A stretch of DNA of 61,498 nt, taken from positions 1-61,498 of IMG/VR virus record IMGVR_UViG_3300042695_000123; one strand, written 5' to 3'. Below are positions 30,788 through 40,057 of this stretch, piece by piece. Each line of letters starts with the position of its first letter. Position 1 is the stretch's first letter. The notes under the pieces were generated by a model. That model did not search any database. It was not told the origin of the DNA and was given only the letters and a program-made list of their open reading frames with translations. Origin of the DNA: a virus. Lineage: Duplodnaviria; Caudoviricetes. The position numbers and the translations under genes are program-made.

Positions 30788-32463
30788 ACCAAGCCTTTGT
30801 GGAACAATTCCACTTCAACGAATCAACAAGGGTAGCTTGCCCTTATTGTTCGACAGAACGCAAGAAGGCCAATTCAAAAGACATGACCCTAACCCGCAAA
30901 CAAGACGGTGCGGTTGTGTTTCATTGCCACCATTGCCAAACAAGCGGATCAGTACAACCCCAACAGGAGAGAACATTGTCAGCAGTACCCAACCCAACGA
31001 TTGTCTCGAACAAGCTAGAGCGTTTACACTACGACTGGCTACAGCAGCGAGGCATTTCTCAACAAACCGCAGACAGGATGAAACTGTTTGCCGCAGAGAA
31101 GTATTTTAGTAAGCTTGGTAAAAGCAACGAAGCCATCGGCTTTCCTTACTTCCGCAACGGTGCATTGGTAGCGGCCAAGTACAGATCATTCCCCGACAAA
31201 GACTTCACCCAAGACTCAGGCGGTGCACATGATTTCTTTGGCATCGACATGGTCAAGAAAGGCGAGCCTCTGATCATCGTAGAAGGAGAGATCGATTGCT
31301 TGACCCTTCTCGAACTAGGCATAGAGAACGTGGTCAGTGTCCCATCAGGTGCTCCGATCAAGGTAGCCGATGGCAAGGTTCTGCCATCCGAGGACAAGAA
31401 GTTTGCTTATGTATGGAACGCACGTGAGATTATCGATGCCGCACCCTACGTAGTTCTTGCCACAGATCAGGACAATGCGGGTCAAGCACTCGCAGAAGAA
31501 CTTGCCCGAAGAATTGGAAAAGAGAAATGCCGTCTGGCCAAGTTTGCAAAGAAGGATTTAAACGAGGTGCATTTAGATGACCCGGCTCGGACGGAGGTGT
31601 TTAAAGTCATAGAGTCTGCCGCTGCGTACCCAATTTCTGGAATTTCTGATGCTGGGACGTACTTTGATCGTTTAAATGATCTATACAACAAAGGCACGGG
31701 CAAGGGGTTCTCAACGGGTTATTCATCGGTCGATAGCGTTTACACAGTCGCACCAGCACAACTTACAGTCGTCACAGGTTACCCATCATCGGGTAAGTCC
31801 AACTTCATTGATCAGATCATGGTCAACCTTGCACGTGACCATGACTGGAAATTCGCAGTGTGTTCATTTGAGAATCAACCTGAGATTCACATCAGCCGCC
31901 TCATGGAAATTTACACAAAGCGCAGATTCTTTGAGGGCAAAGACAGGATGTCAGAGGCAGACAAAGACATCGCGTTTAAATTCGTCAAGGATCATTTCTT
32001 GTTCATTGATACGAATGGCGAAGAGCCAAGCACATTGGACTCAATCTTGGAGCGGGCACGTGCCGCAGTCAAACGCATGGGCGTGAGAGGGTTGGTCATT
32101 GACCCATATAACTATATAGAGTTACCCAAGGGTGACGGCACAGAAACAAATGCCATCAGCGATATGCTGACGAGGGTGCAGAAGTTTTGCAAGGCACATG
32201 ACGTTCATACTTGGTTCATTGCTCACCCATCTAAGATCACCCGACAGGGTGTAGAGCAACCCCGCCCCGATGGTATGTCGATCGCGGGATCAATGGCTTG
32301 GTGGGCAAAGACCGACTGCGGGCTGACTGTCCATCGCAAAGAGCACCACGTTGAGATCGCGGTATGGAAATGTCGTTATCGTTGGGTTGGGACACAAGGG
32401 GAAACAACAATGCTTTACAACAAAACCGCAGGAACTTACTCGGAGAATCTCGATGCCTTCTAA
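30784..32463 (+). CDS. Primase-helicase (T7 gp4/Twinkle-like)
   Basis: CPYC/CHHC zinc finger, TOPRIM EGEID and DQDNAG, Walker A GYPSSGKS, VIDPYN, IAHP. Confidence 0.92.
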   Translation: MNQAFVEQFHFNESTRVACPYCSTERKKANSKDMTLTRKQDGAVVFHCHHCQTSGSVQPQQERTLSAVPNPTIVSNKLERLHYDWLQQRGISQQTADRMKLFAAEKYFSKLGKSNEAIGFPYFRNGALVAAKYRSFPDKDFTQDSGGAHDFFGIDMVKKGEPLIIVEGEIDCLTLLELGIENVVSVPSGAPIKVADGKVLPSEDKKFAYVWNAREIIDAAPYVVLATDQDNAGQALAEELARRIGKEKCRLAKFAKKDLNEVHLDDPARTEVFKVIESAAAYPISGISDAGTYFDRLNDLYNKGTGKGFSTGYSSVDSVYTVAPAQLTVVTGYPSSGKSNFIDQIMVNLARDHDWKFAVCSFENQPEIHISRLMEIYTKRRFFEGKDRMSEADKDIAFKFVKDHFLFIDTNGEEPSTLDSILERARAAVKRMGVRGLVIDPYNYIELPKGDGTETNAISDMLTRVQKFCKAHDVHTWFIAHPSKITRQGVEQPRPDGMSIAGSMAWWAKTDCGLTVHRKEHHVEIAVWKCRYRWVGTQGETTMLYNKTAGTYSENLDAF

Positions 32464-32851
32464 CAGTTTAAACAAGGGTAGCTCATCTGGTGAGCTTGCA
32501 GGTGATCTGGCCAGCAGTCAGCGTTTAAACGCAAACGGCGGAAAAGCAGGAAATCTGGACGCGCAGGCAAATCGTTTAAACAATGACATACGGGAGCATC
32601 TCAACGATATGTTTGAGGGCTTGCTCTTTTTGTCAGAGCGGGAATTTGATGCGGCTATCTTGGGGGTTGCAGAGAGAATTGGGATGAGTCCGATCGTTGC
32701 CTATGACACGGCTAAGATCCTTGACATTCTGTGCGAGAGGGACGGCATGGAGGGTGACGAGGCCTTAGAGTTCTTTGAGTTCAACATTGCGGGGGCTTAC
32801 GTGGGTGATCGCACCCCAATTTTCATCGGCCAAATTCATAGCATTTTGTAA
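32453..32851 (+). CDS. Conserved phage protein (start uncertain)
   Basis: FDAAILG...EFFEFNIAGAYVGDRTPIF; 5' part carries three GTTTAAAC. Confidence 0.65.
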   Translation: MPSNSLNKGSSSGELAGDLASSQRLNANGGKAGNLDAQANRLNNDIREHLNDMFEGLLFLSEREFDAAILGVAERIGMSPIVAYDTAKILDILCERDGMEGDEALEFFEFNIAGAYVGDRTPIFIGQIHSIL

Positions 32852-32910
32852 AAGAAAAGGGGGCTAAATGCCCCCTGTTTAAACGCCTACAGCAGCCAGC
32901 AGCCGCTGCG

Positions 32911-33156
32911 TCATCTGTTTAAACGTGCATGAAATGCTGCACGCATAATTGTGTCGTACTGACCACAGTAGCGGGGCACTCTGTCCTTCCCCATTTTATA
33001 AACTCGGAAACCTTTAGGCGCGGCATACGTGATGTAGGCCTCGCCTGTTTCAATGAATCGCTCATGGTTCATAAGGTCAATGATGTTCCCGTGTTTGTAA
33101 GCGGCTTTGAGGAAGTCAGGTGCATGATGGGTAATGGCTTTAACCTTGAACATCAA
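32911..33156 (-). CDS. Hypothetical early protein
   Basis: Last gene of the coupled leftward operon. Confidence 0.55.
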   Translation of the reverse strand: MMFKVKAITHHAPDFLKAAYKHGNIIDLMNHERFIETGEAYITYAAPKGFRVYKMGKDRVPRYCGQYDTIMRAAFHARLNR

Positions 33157-33392
33157 TGCACTTCGCCCGATGGGGGACGCATCATTAGTTCCATTTCAAA
33201 AGTGACACCCATCACCTCCAAAATATCCTCTTTTGATACGTTATTCGTCACGGCCAAGGCCGCTGAGGCCTTGAGCAGTAGACCAAGGGTTTCCCTACCA
33301 TCAACGTCATTGCCTCCGATCCATTCAATCAGCCCCGCATAGGCCTTGTATATCTTCTCGAATTCGTGGTCTTTGGGGGTTCTAATCTTCAT
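33153..33392 (-). CDS. Hypothetical early protein
   Basis: Coupled ORF. Confidence 0.6.
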   Translation of the reverse strand: MKIRTPKDHEFEKIYKAYAGLIEWIGGNDVDGRETLGLLLKASAALAVTNNVSKEDILEVMGVTFEMELMMRPPSGEVH

Positions 33393-33645
33393 GGCTCTTC
33401 TCCATGTAGGCCACCAAGGCCATGGCCTCAGCGTTGCCGTGCATCTTCTGAATAATCTCGAACATCTGCGGGGCGATCGCTATCAGTCGGGCATTAGCCC
33501 TCTGAGTCGCTATGGGGGTGTTCTTGCTGAAACAGTCGGCCACGATCGGAATGCCGTGGTCACCCTCATATCCCCACACTGAGTTACTGGTCGTCAGGCC
33601 TCTGCGGCCTACAGTCCAAGGGTGAGATGTAATGTGTTTAAACAT
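33382..33645 (-). CDS. Phage protein with ANARLIAIAP motif
   Basis: HPW...ANARLIAIAPQM; SD GGAGG. Confidence 0.7.
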   Translation of the reverse strand: MFKHITSHPWTVGRRGLTTSNSVWGYEGDHGIPIVADCFSKNTPIATQRANARLIAIAPQMFEIIQKMHGNAEAMALVAYMEKSHED

Positions 33646-33735
33646 ATCAAGGCCTCCAATAAAACAAGTCAAGCAGTAAAACAATCATACCGATCAAGAA
33701 CACGGCACGTTCTATTTTGTCCCATAGTGAGTGGT

Positions 33736-34020
33736 TCATTTGGCATCCCTCAAAGCTTGGAGGTAGCCCTCAACCCATAGCATCCGATCATCATCGGATA
33801 ATTCGGAGTCATCCTCATAATTCAGCTTCTCCCATTCATAGAATGCGGCATTGGCCTTGCTCCAGTTTGTTTGCCCCTCTGAGGGCTTCTCAAGCCCCCA
33901 CGCGAGGGCACTAGCTTCTACAAAGGTGTCGAATAGGTTATCGCCCTTGTCATCGCAAAGGTAATCGCCATTGGGCAGTTGCACCATGTAGCCGTCATTG
34001 GTCTTGATAATTTCTCTCAT
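33736..34020 (-). CDS. Hypothetical early protein
   Basis: Acidic; SD GGAG. Confidence 0.6.
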   Translation of the reverse strand: MREIIKTNDGYMVQLPNGDYLCDDKGDNLFDTFVEASALAWGLEKPSEGQTNWSKANAAFYEWEKLNYEDDSELSDDDRMLWVEGYLQALRDAK

Positions 34021-34190
34021 TGCTTTTCTCCATCATTGTTTAAACGTATAACGCGCAGTACGTCTTTTGCAAACTGCACGTCAAGGTGTACGTGCTCGAT
34101 CCAAGAGCCGTCATCGATGTATCGATCAGCCGACTCGGCCAAGTTTTTAAGTGCGGTCGTGAGGTAGACCACCCGCTCGCGGTCAGTCAT
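34017..34190 (-). CDS. 57-aa protein missed by the ORF track
   Basis: MTDRERVVYLTTALKNLAESADRYIDDG...; SD GAGG, overlaps both neighbours. Confidence 0.55.
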   Translation of the reverse strand: MTDRERVVYLTTALKNLAESADRYIDDGSWIEHVHLDVQFAKDVLRVIRLNNDGEKQ

Positions 34191-34371
34191 TGGTCACCTC
34201 GCTCACTGAGTCGATAGACCAATCGCCACCGATGCCCTGATCCACAGGGATAAAAGCGCCTCCATCCATGGCCTTGGCTATGGTGTAGGCTTCGTCTTCG
34301 CTATTGGCCTCTACGTGCTCGAAAAAGTACGTAGTCAGCGAGGCAATCACTTTGTAGGTTTTCATGTCCAT
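34183..34371 (-). CDS. Small phage protein (VEANSEDEA motif)
   Basis: MKTYKV...VEANSEDEAY; resembles next ORF. Confidence 0.65.
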   Translation of the reverse strand: MDMKTYKVIASLTTYFFEHVEANSEDEAYTIAKAMDGGAFIPVDQGIGGDWSIDSVSEVTND

Positions 34372-34595
34372 TGCTCCACGTCAGTTACTGTTAATTCAGT
34401 GACAAGCATTCCCTGAATTTCCACTTTATCTAGGGCTGAGGCCTCGGCCTCCTCTCTACTGGCGGCATCAATGACAATGTCAACGTAACCCTCCACGGCC
34501 ACTGAGACGGTGTAGGTTTTTGTTTTGCCTTGCTCGGCCAGTCTGCGCTCATTGGCAACCCATAGAGCGGAATAATGTGCGTCTAGTCCTTGCAT
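34362..34595 (-). CDS. Small phage protein (IDAASREEA motif)
   Basis: KTYTVSV...IDAASREEAE. Confidence 0.6.
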   Translation of the reverse strand: MQGLDAHYSALWVANERRLAEQGKTKTYTVSVAVEGYVDIVIDAASREEAEASALDKVEIQGMLVTELTVTDVEQWT

Positions 34596-34762
34596 TACTC
34601 TTCTCCTTTTAAAATTTCTTCGTCTAAGCTTTCGGTGACTACGTAGCCTTTGCTCTCACCCAACTTTTCCAGTGCGGGTAGGCAAGCCATATAGGTTTCT
34701 TCGCTATCAAATCGAGCGACTACGTGAGCACCCGCTTTGGCTTCAAAATAAACAGTGACCAT
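34595..34762 (-). CDS. Hypothetical early protein
   Basis: Start reassigned to ATG 34762 with SD AGGAG. Confidence 0.6.
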   Translation of the reverse strand: MVTVYFEAKAGAHVVARFDSEETYMACLPALEKLGESKGYVVTESLDEEILKGEE

Positions 34763-34778
34763 GATTTGGCTCTCCTGT

Positions 34779-34967
34779 TTAAACGTTAATGTTGTAGTCG
34801 CCATTGGTGCGGAGGTCGTCCATCTCATCGAGGTAACGCTCGATCTCCTCGCGCAGATAGTCGGGCAAGGTCGGGGCGAGGTCTTCGGTCGCGCCATCGT
34901 TCCAAGTGACAATCAATTTGCAGTCCACGATCGCGTGGGTGAATTTGCTATGTGGCTCACGTTTCAT
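34779..34967 (-). CDS. Hypothetical early protein
   Basis: ATG 34967 with SD AGGAG. Confidence 0.6.
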   Translation of the reverse strand: MKREPHSKFTHAIVDCKLIVTWNDGATEDLAPTLPDYLREEIERYLDEMDDLRTNGDYNINV

Positions 34968-35029
34968 AATTTTGCTCCTAGTGTTTAAACGGTTATCTTC
35001 TACTACGGTCATCAAGGGGAAAGCCCCCC

Positions 35030-35716
35030 TCAGGCGGCAAGCTTAAGCTTGGTGAATGTGACACGTCCAAGGTCTTCCAGTGAATCAATTTGGACGTTGT
35101 TGGGATAGACGTGGGACACGTCAGCATTGATGCCAATGCCGATCGTGGTCACGCCTAGGCGGGCGGCTGAGGCCACTTGAGCCTTAGCCTGTTGAATGTC
35201 GCCTTGGCCGTCAGTCAGCACAAAGCAGATACGTCTTTGCTCAGGCCGCTTGTAGAGCATCTGATGCACGTGCGCGAGGGCGGTCGCATCATCAGAGCCG
35301 CCTTGGCCGTCTATGTGCTCCAACATGGTGATGGCCTTGCGGTAATGCATTGACCAAGGCTTGAGTACTGAGGTGTAGTCGTCAAAGGTCACAAGGGAGG
35401 TCGCCACTTGAGCCGCTGACAGGGTTTCAAGCAAGGCCGCACACACTGGGGCGGCTGAGGCCATGCGGGTTGTGCGGGGCTTGCCAAAGCCCGTGCTGAT
35501 GCCGTCATACATCGAGCCTGATACATCAAGCAAGATCACCACGGCAGAGTCGATGCCCTCCTCTTCATACCTACGCTGAAACAGGTTTTCGCTGATCGAG
35601 TGCTTGGTCAGTGCTCTGACGTTTAAACGGCCTGTCTTGAGGTTGCGCTCGAATGATTCACAAGCGGTATTTTCGAACAGGCGTTTTACTTCATAGCGTA
35701 ATTTTGCGGGGATCAT
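35030..35716 (-). CDS. VWA domain protein (CobT/NorD C-terminal-like)
   Basis: GRLN, MIDAS DVSGS, VLTDG, IGIGI. Confidence 0.85.
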   Translation of the reverse strand: MIPAKLRYEVKRLFENTACESFERNLKTGRLNVRALTKHSISENLFQRRYEEEGIDSAVVILLDVSGSMYDGISTGFGKPRTTRMASAAPVCAALLETLSAAQVATSLVTFDDYTSVLKPWSMHYRKAITMLEHIDGQGGSDDATALAHVHQMLYKRPEQRRICFVLTDGQGDIQQAKAQVASAARLGVTTIGIGINADVSHVYPNNVQIDSLEDLGRVTFTKLKLAA

Positions 35717-35719
35717 GGT

Positions 35720-36799
35720 TCAACCTTTCAAAGCAAATCGTTTTTCATCGCCCACGTGATAGGCATCACGCGCCAAGCGGAACTGTGCAGAGTAAGTGCC
35801 TTGCGACTCAGTGCCACGAGGGGCGGTGTTGCGCGGCTCTACAGGCTCGGCATAGACGCGAACAGGGGGACGTGCTACCCCTCCCCCGCCTTGGCCGTCA
35901 TCATCGCCCTCGCCCTCTCCTTCACCTTCGCCTTCGCCTTCACCCTCGCCCTCGGCATCGCCTTGGCCTTGGTCGCCTTGCTCATCGCCTTGGTCGCCTT
36001 GGCCGTCTTCGCCCTCGCCATTGCCCTTGTCGCCTTGCTCGCTTTCTTCGCCATCGGTTGGCTCGCCATCATCACAGGGCTGACCATCATCCGCGCCTTC
36101 CTCTTGAGGTTTGTCAGAGGGGCGGCCACGTGGGGGCGGCTCAGGGTTCACAGGCGGCTGAGGGGGCGGCTGATCAACAACCATCAATTGCTCATACACC
36201 CACACGGCCACGGCCAAGGTGTCGTAAGAATCATTGCACTGGGCAGTGCGCTTGACGGCCTCAGTAAAGATGGGCTTCAAGCCCTTTGCCATTGGCACTT
36301 TCACAGTCGCATGAGGGCGGGCATGAACGGCCAAAACAAAGGGGTACTGCGCGGGATCTGACCAATCAATTTTCGAGCCATCGCGTTGGACGTGCTCAAG
36401 GGCTTGCGTTGTCATGTCGTCAATCAACGTGCCCAGTAACTCGGCAATGTTGCCAGTGAGGTTTGCGTTGATGGCCTTGGACTCGATCCAAGCGTCCTCG
36501 ATGGCATTGTGAAGTTGATCAATGTACTGGTTTGCACCGCGCACGTTGAAGTTGGTGTACTTGCGGTGAAGCAGTTCATGGATCACAAAACCCACATACT
36601 TGGCAAGATCTTTGCGGGTGAGGATCGCGTCATCACGCACGTTCGCCAAGCGGATCTTGCCGCGCGAATTGATGGCCGCAGTTTGAGTGCCATCAGTCCA
36701 CTCGATGGTCACGTCAGGCAGTGACAAGGCCGCGCAGATTTTGTGCGCGAACAGTGCCACTGCGGGGCGGAACTCATAACCAAAATATTTGTTTTTCAT
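35720..36799 (-). CDS. CobT N-terminal-like HExxH domain with acidic Gly/Glu linker
   Basis: HELLH, NAIEDAWIE, EGEGEG tract; in frame with the VWA ORF. Confidence 0.75.
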   Translation of the reverse strand: MKNKYFGYEFRPAVALFAHKICAALSLPDVTIEWTDGTQTAAINSRGKIRLANVRDDAILTRKDLAKYVGFVIHELLHRKYTNFNVRGANQYIDQLHNAIEDAWIESKAINANLTGNIAELLGTLIDDMTTQALEHVQRDGSKIDWSDPAQYPFVLAVHARPHATVKVPMAKGLKPIFTEAVKRTAQCNDSYDTLAVAVWVYEQLMVVDQPPPQPPVNPEPPPRGRPSDKPQEEGADDGQPCDDGEPTDGEESEQGDKGNGEGEDGQGDQGDEQGDQGQGDAEGEGEGEGEGEGEGEGDDDGQGGGGVARPPVRVYAEPVEPRNTAPRGTESQGTYSAQFRLARDAYHVGDEKRFALKG

Positions 36800-36814
36800 G
36801 TTTAAACACTCCTA

Positions 36815-38233
36815 TTAAATTAACTTGCTGATCAGCTTTTCATCGATGCATGAAAGCTTGATTGACTCCAACACTGGGGCTGACTCAGAGGGCTGACGTG
36901 CGGCCACTGTGGTCTTCCATGCCTCACCCACAGGCATCACCTTCACGGCACGTATAAAGGCCATCACAGAGCGAATTGAGGGGGCTTCCACAATGTCCCC
37001 ATCCTGAGCCTTAGAACGCGCCACGTTGATGGCTCTGAGCACGTGCTCGGCCAAGCGGGGGTCGCACCCTGTGCGGTTGACCACGGCCTTGGTTTCCAAG
37101 TCGATGGGCATGAACGTGAAAGGGACAATGCGGGAGAACCGATCGAGGGTTGCTGAGTTCATCGCGTTTGTGCCTGAGTAGCGGCCTGTCTCATCGCCAT
37201 TGCCGAATGTATTGTCAGCCCCAAAGATCATCACGCCCTGAGCCTTGCGGTGAGTCATGCCGCCATAGTTCACCACGGCATCAGCTTCCAAAAAGCCGTT
37301 CAATGTGGCAAGGTTTCCCGCCTTGGCAAAGCTGATCTCATCGAGCAGAATCACAGTCGCGGGGGACACGTAGGCCTGTAGGAAGTCACCACGTTTAAAC
37401 ACTGATGAACCTTGCTCCAAGGCCTGTGCTCCCGCATAGTCGTCAGCAGTGGTTTGCTGATGGAAGTTATAGCGCACGTAGGGACGGCCTGTGCGAGCCG
37501 CCCACTGAGAGGCGGTCTGACTCTTGCCAGTGCCTTTATCGCCTCCCATGAACGTGTTTTCGCCTGTCTCTTGAGACAAAATCAAGTGACGCAAGATGGC
37601 CTCTTGCCACACAAAGTGGGGATCGATGGGAGGGGCAGACTGTGCGTTGTAAATGTCAACCATCATTGGGTTGCCCTTCATGTCGCGCAGATCAATGCCG
37701 AAAACGTCAACGCAAGGCAGACGGTCAACCTTATGGACTGCGGTCATGGCCGCCACTGCGGCATGAGAGCCAGTGGCTTCTACGGCCTCGGCAAAGGGCT
37801 TGAATGCATCGGCCACGGCCTTGGTCACTTGCGCTTGCACTGAGGCGGTATCAACGCCCTGAGCGGGGCGGTTGACAATGGTCTTCACCTCATCGATCAA
37901 CTCTTTAACCACGCTCTCAAGGTTGCCCGCCATGTTCTCAGCCTTGATGCCGACTCGGAGGGCATCGAGTGCCACTGTCTCAGCACGTGCGGCCACTTTG
38001 CTTGCGGCCTGTACCAAGGCGGGATCAACGGCCTCGGTTGCGGTGATGGCCGCCTCAGGGGCGGCTTGGATCATCTCAAGGGTGATCGATCCATTGAGCA
38101 CCATGTCAGCGAGCACTTCCATGGCCTCGGTTTTGTTGGCCATGGGGCGGTTGGCGAATTGGAGCATTGCTCCATTGAGCACAGTGTTTTTGACACGTGC
38201 AATTTGCAGTCTGATGTTTTGAGTTGTTGCCAT
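36815..38233 (-). CDS. MoxR/CobS/CbbQ-family AAA+ ATPase
   Basis: GDKGTGKS, ILLDE, ATLDRF, PSIRS. Confidence 0.88.
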   Translation of the reverse strand: MATTQNIRLQIARVKNTVLNGAMLQFANRPMANKTEAMEVLADMVLNGSITLEMIQAAPEAAITATEAVDPALVQAASKVAARAETVALDALRVGIKAENMAGNLESVVKELIDEVKTIVNRPAQGVDTASVQAQVTKAVADAFKPFAEAVEATGSHAAVAAMTAVHKVDRLPCVDVFGIDLRDMKGNPMMVDIYNAQSAPPIDPHFVWQEAILRHLILSQETGENTFMGGDKGTGKSQTASQWAARTGRPYVRYNFHQQTTADDYAGAQALEQGSSVFKRGDFLQAYVSPATVILLDEISFAKAGNLATLNGFLEADAVVNYGGMTHRKAQGVMIFGADNTFGNGDETGRYSGTNAMNSATLDRFSRIVPFTFMPIDLETKAVVNRTGCDPRLAEHVLRAINVARSKAQDGDIVEAPSIRSVMAFIRAVKVMPVGEAWKTTVAARQPSESAPVLESIKLSCIDEKLISKLI

Positions 38234-38251
38234 GATGAGTCTTTCCTACGT

Positions 38252-38845
38252 TTAAACGAGTGCCAAGGTATCGCCACAGGGGCAGATGGGGAGGCGGGGG
38301 TTGCCATAAGGATCAAATGCCCACTTAGCCGTCAGGCGAACGGTGTATGAACACGATGGGCATGAGGCCTTGAGCATTCGAGTGCCTTGAGTCTTACGCG
38401 CAGATAGATCCAAGGGGGCATGAGGGTACTCTCCCAACCCCTCAATGATTGACCCATAAGCGGCCATAAACGTGGGAGCACCGATCGTGGCTTTCCATGA
38501 GTTGGTCGCGGGTATCAAGAGCATGGCCTCAGCAAGCTTGCGAAAGTTCACGCCATGATTCATGCATCCCTTGGCGGTGTGGCACAGTTCATGGATCAGC
38601 ACATCAAAGACACGTGCGGGGTCAGCCAAAGTGGGGCTGATGAAAATTTCAAAGTGGCCGTCACTTGAGCGGGTGTCAGCCCAACACTCACCGATCGCGC
38701 CACTGCGCTTGGCATTAGAGGGCAGAGCGCATGACACGCGAATAGCCAAAGGGAGGGTGTGGCCGTTGGCAGAGAATGAGGGGCGTAGTTCCTCAACTGC
38801 GGCCTGTAGGTAGGTTTCTCTCTCAGTGTGAATCAGCATTTTCAA
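38252..38845 (-). CDS. SprT-like zinc metalloprotease with C-terminal zinc ribbon
   Basis: HELCH...H, CPSC, CPC. Confidence 0.8.
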   Translation of the reverse strand: MKMLIHTERETYLQAAVEELRPSFSANGHTLPLAIRVSCALPSNAKRSGAIGECWADTRSSDGHFEIFISPTLADPARVFDVLIHELCHTAKGCMNHGVNFRKLAEAMLLIPATNSWKATIGAPTFMAAYGSIIEGLGEYPHAPLDLSARKTQGTRMLKASCPSCSYTVRLTAKWAFDPYGNPRLPICPCGDTLALV

Positions 38846-39004
38846 GATCCTTTTTAAGCACTACCAAAATCGGTAGAACCCCGATTTAAACACAAATGAT
38901 ATTGGGGGCACAAGCCCCCTGATATTTAGTTGACTAAGTTGTAGGGTTATTACAAAACAGGGTTTTCTAGGCAATCAATAAAGAAATCAGGCGCGCACGC
39001 GCGT

Positions 39005-39021
39005 AGCACGATGCGTGCCAA
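39005..39021 (-). promoter_or_regulatory. Sigma54-like -24/-12 element facing the leftward operon
   Basis: Minus strand TTGGCACGCATCGTGCT, GG-N10-GC. Confidence 0.5.
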
Positions 39022-39181
39022 GAGGCTAAAAATGGCCTGTTTTTGGGCGTGGTTTAAAAACAACAAACCGCGTATACGAGGCGATCGGGAGGCGGGTGAG
39101 GGTAGGGTAGCCACTTTGGAAAACGGACGCTTCTAGGGGTCTTAAAATCGATCCTAGAGGCCATAGGGTTAACCCTGATTT

Positions 39182-39330
39182 TGTGGATAACTACCCCGTT
39201 TTTGTCCACATTTTGTGGGGATAACTTTTAGTCTGCTGTGGATAACGTGGGTAAACCCTAACTGCACCAAAATGAATAACCTGTGGATAAGTTTTAGGGT
39301 TATCCACAGGCTTGGATAACTTGTGGATAA
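39182..39330. promoter_or_regulatory. DnaA-box cluster, putative origin or DnaA sink
   Basis: Perfect TTATCCACA/TGTGGATAA at 39182, 39237, 39282, 39300, 39322; one-mismatch boxes at 39202, 39216. Confidence 0.8.
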
Positions 39331-39409
39331 CATATAATGCGAACAGTTCACGTATTGAACTAAGTGAATATTAATTGAACTGCACAGTCACAATTTGGAG
39401 GCGGGGATC

Positions 39410-40057
39410 ATGGGCAAGACCACAAAGGCTGAGTATCAGGCGGCATTGGCCGAGGCGGGGGATCACTGGGAGAAACAGAGCGCAGTCGAACAGAGCGAAG
39501 CGGAACAGTTTGCCCATGCTCTAGCACGTAATGCTCCAAAGCCTAGGAGGAGAGTAGATGGACTACCAGTGGCAAGTGAGCATAGGAGAGGGCAACCCTT
39601 GACCATAGGTCAGCAAAGGTTCATAGCGGGTGTTATCAGAGGGCAGAGCCTGCGATCCAGTTACCGAGAGGCCTTTCAGAATGACACTGGAAGCGATGCA
39701 AGCATCAGCGCATCAGCCAACAAGCTTATGAAAGATCCAAGGGTGCAAGAGGCCTTAAAAGAGGCATGGGGAGAGACGATCGAGCACCTAGTAGATGACG
39801 TTGTGGCGAGTAAAAGGTATGTGCTCAAGGGACTGCTTGCACTAAGCAAGAGCGGCAAGCAAGAGGGCACTCAATTAAAAGCCCTTGAACTGATGGGCAA
39901 AGCCTGTGGCCTGTTTACACCAACAGAGGTGCAAGACAAAGCACCAGTGACCGCAGACCAATTAAAGCGGGAACTTGCGGGGCACTTGAAGCTATTGCGT
40001 GGTGAGGTTGCATCAGTGCAAGACGTGGAAGCGACATCGTTTAAACAGAGGGGGTAG
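39410..40057 (+). CDS. terS: Terminase small subunit (putative)
   Basis: LTIGQQRF...SYREAF...ANKLMKDPRV, KALELMGKACGLF; upstream of TerL. Confidence 0.7.
   Translation: MGKTTKAEYQAALAEAGDHWEKQSAVEQSEAEQFAHALARNAPKPRRRVDGLPVASEHRRGQPLTIGQQRFIAGVIRGQSLRSSYREAFQNDTGSDASISASANKLMKDPRVQEALKEAWGETIEHLVDDVVASKRYVLKGLLALSKSGKQEGTQLKALELMGKACGLFTPTEVQDKAPVTADQLKRELAGHLKLLRGEVASVQDVEATSFKQRG

Noticed and set aside
35720-35722. Genome-wide stop-codon reassignment
   Set aside because: TGA, TAA and TAG all end well-coupled genes and long genes are intact in code 11.
36815-38233. Cobalamin biosynthesis auxiliary gene (cobS)
   Set aside because: No cobN or other cob genes; MoxR/VWA pairs are common in phages.
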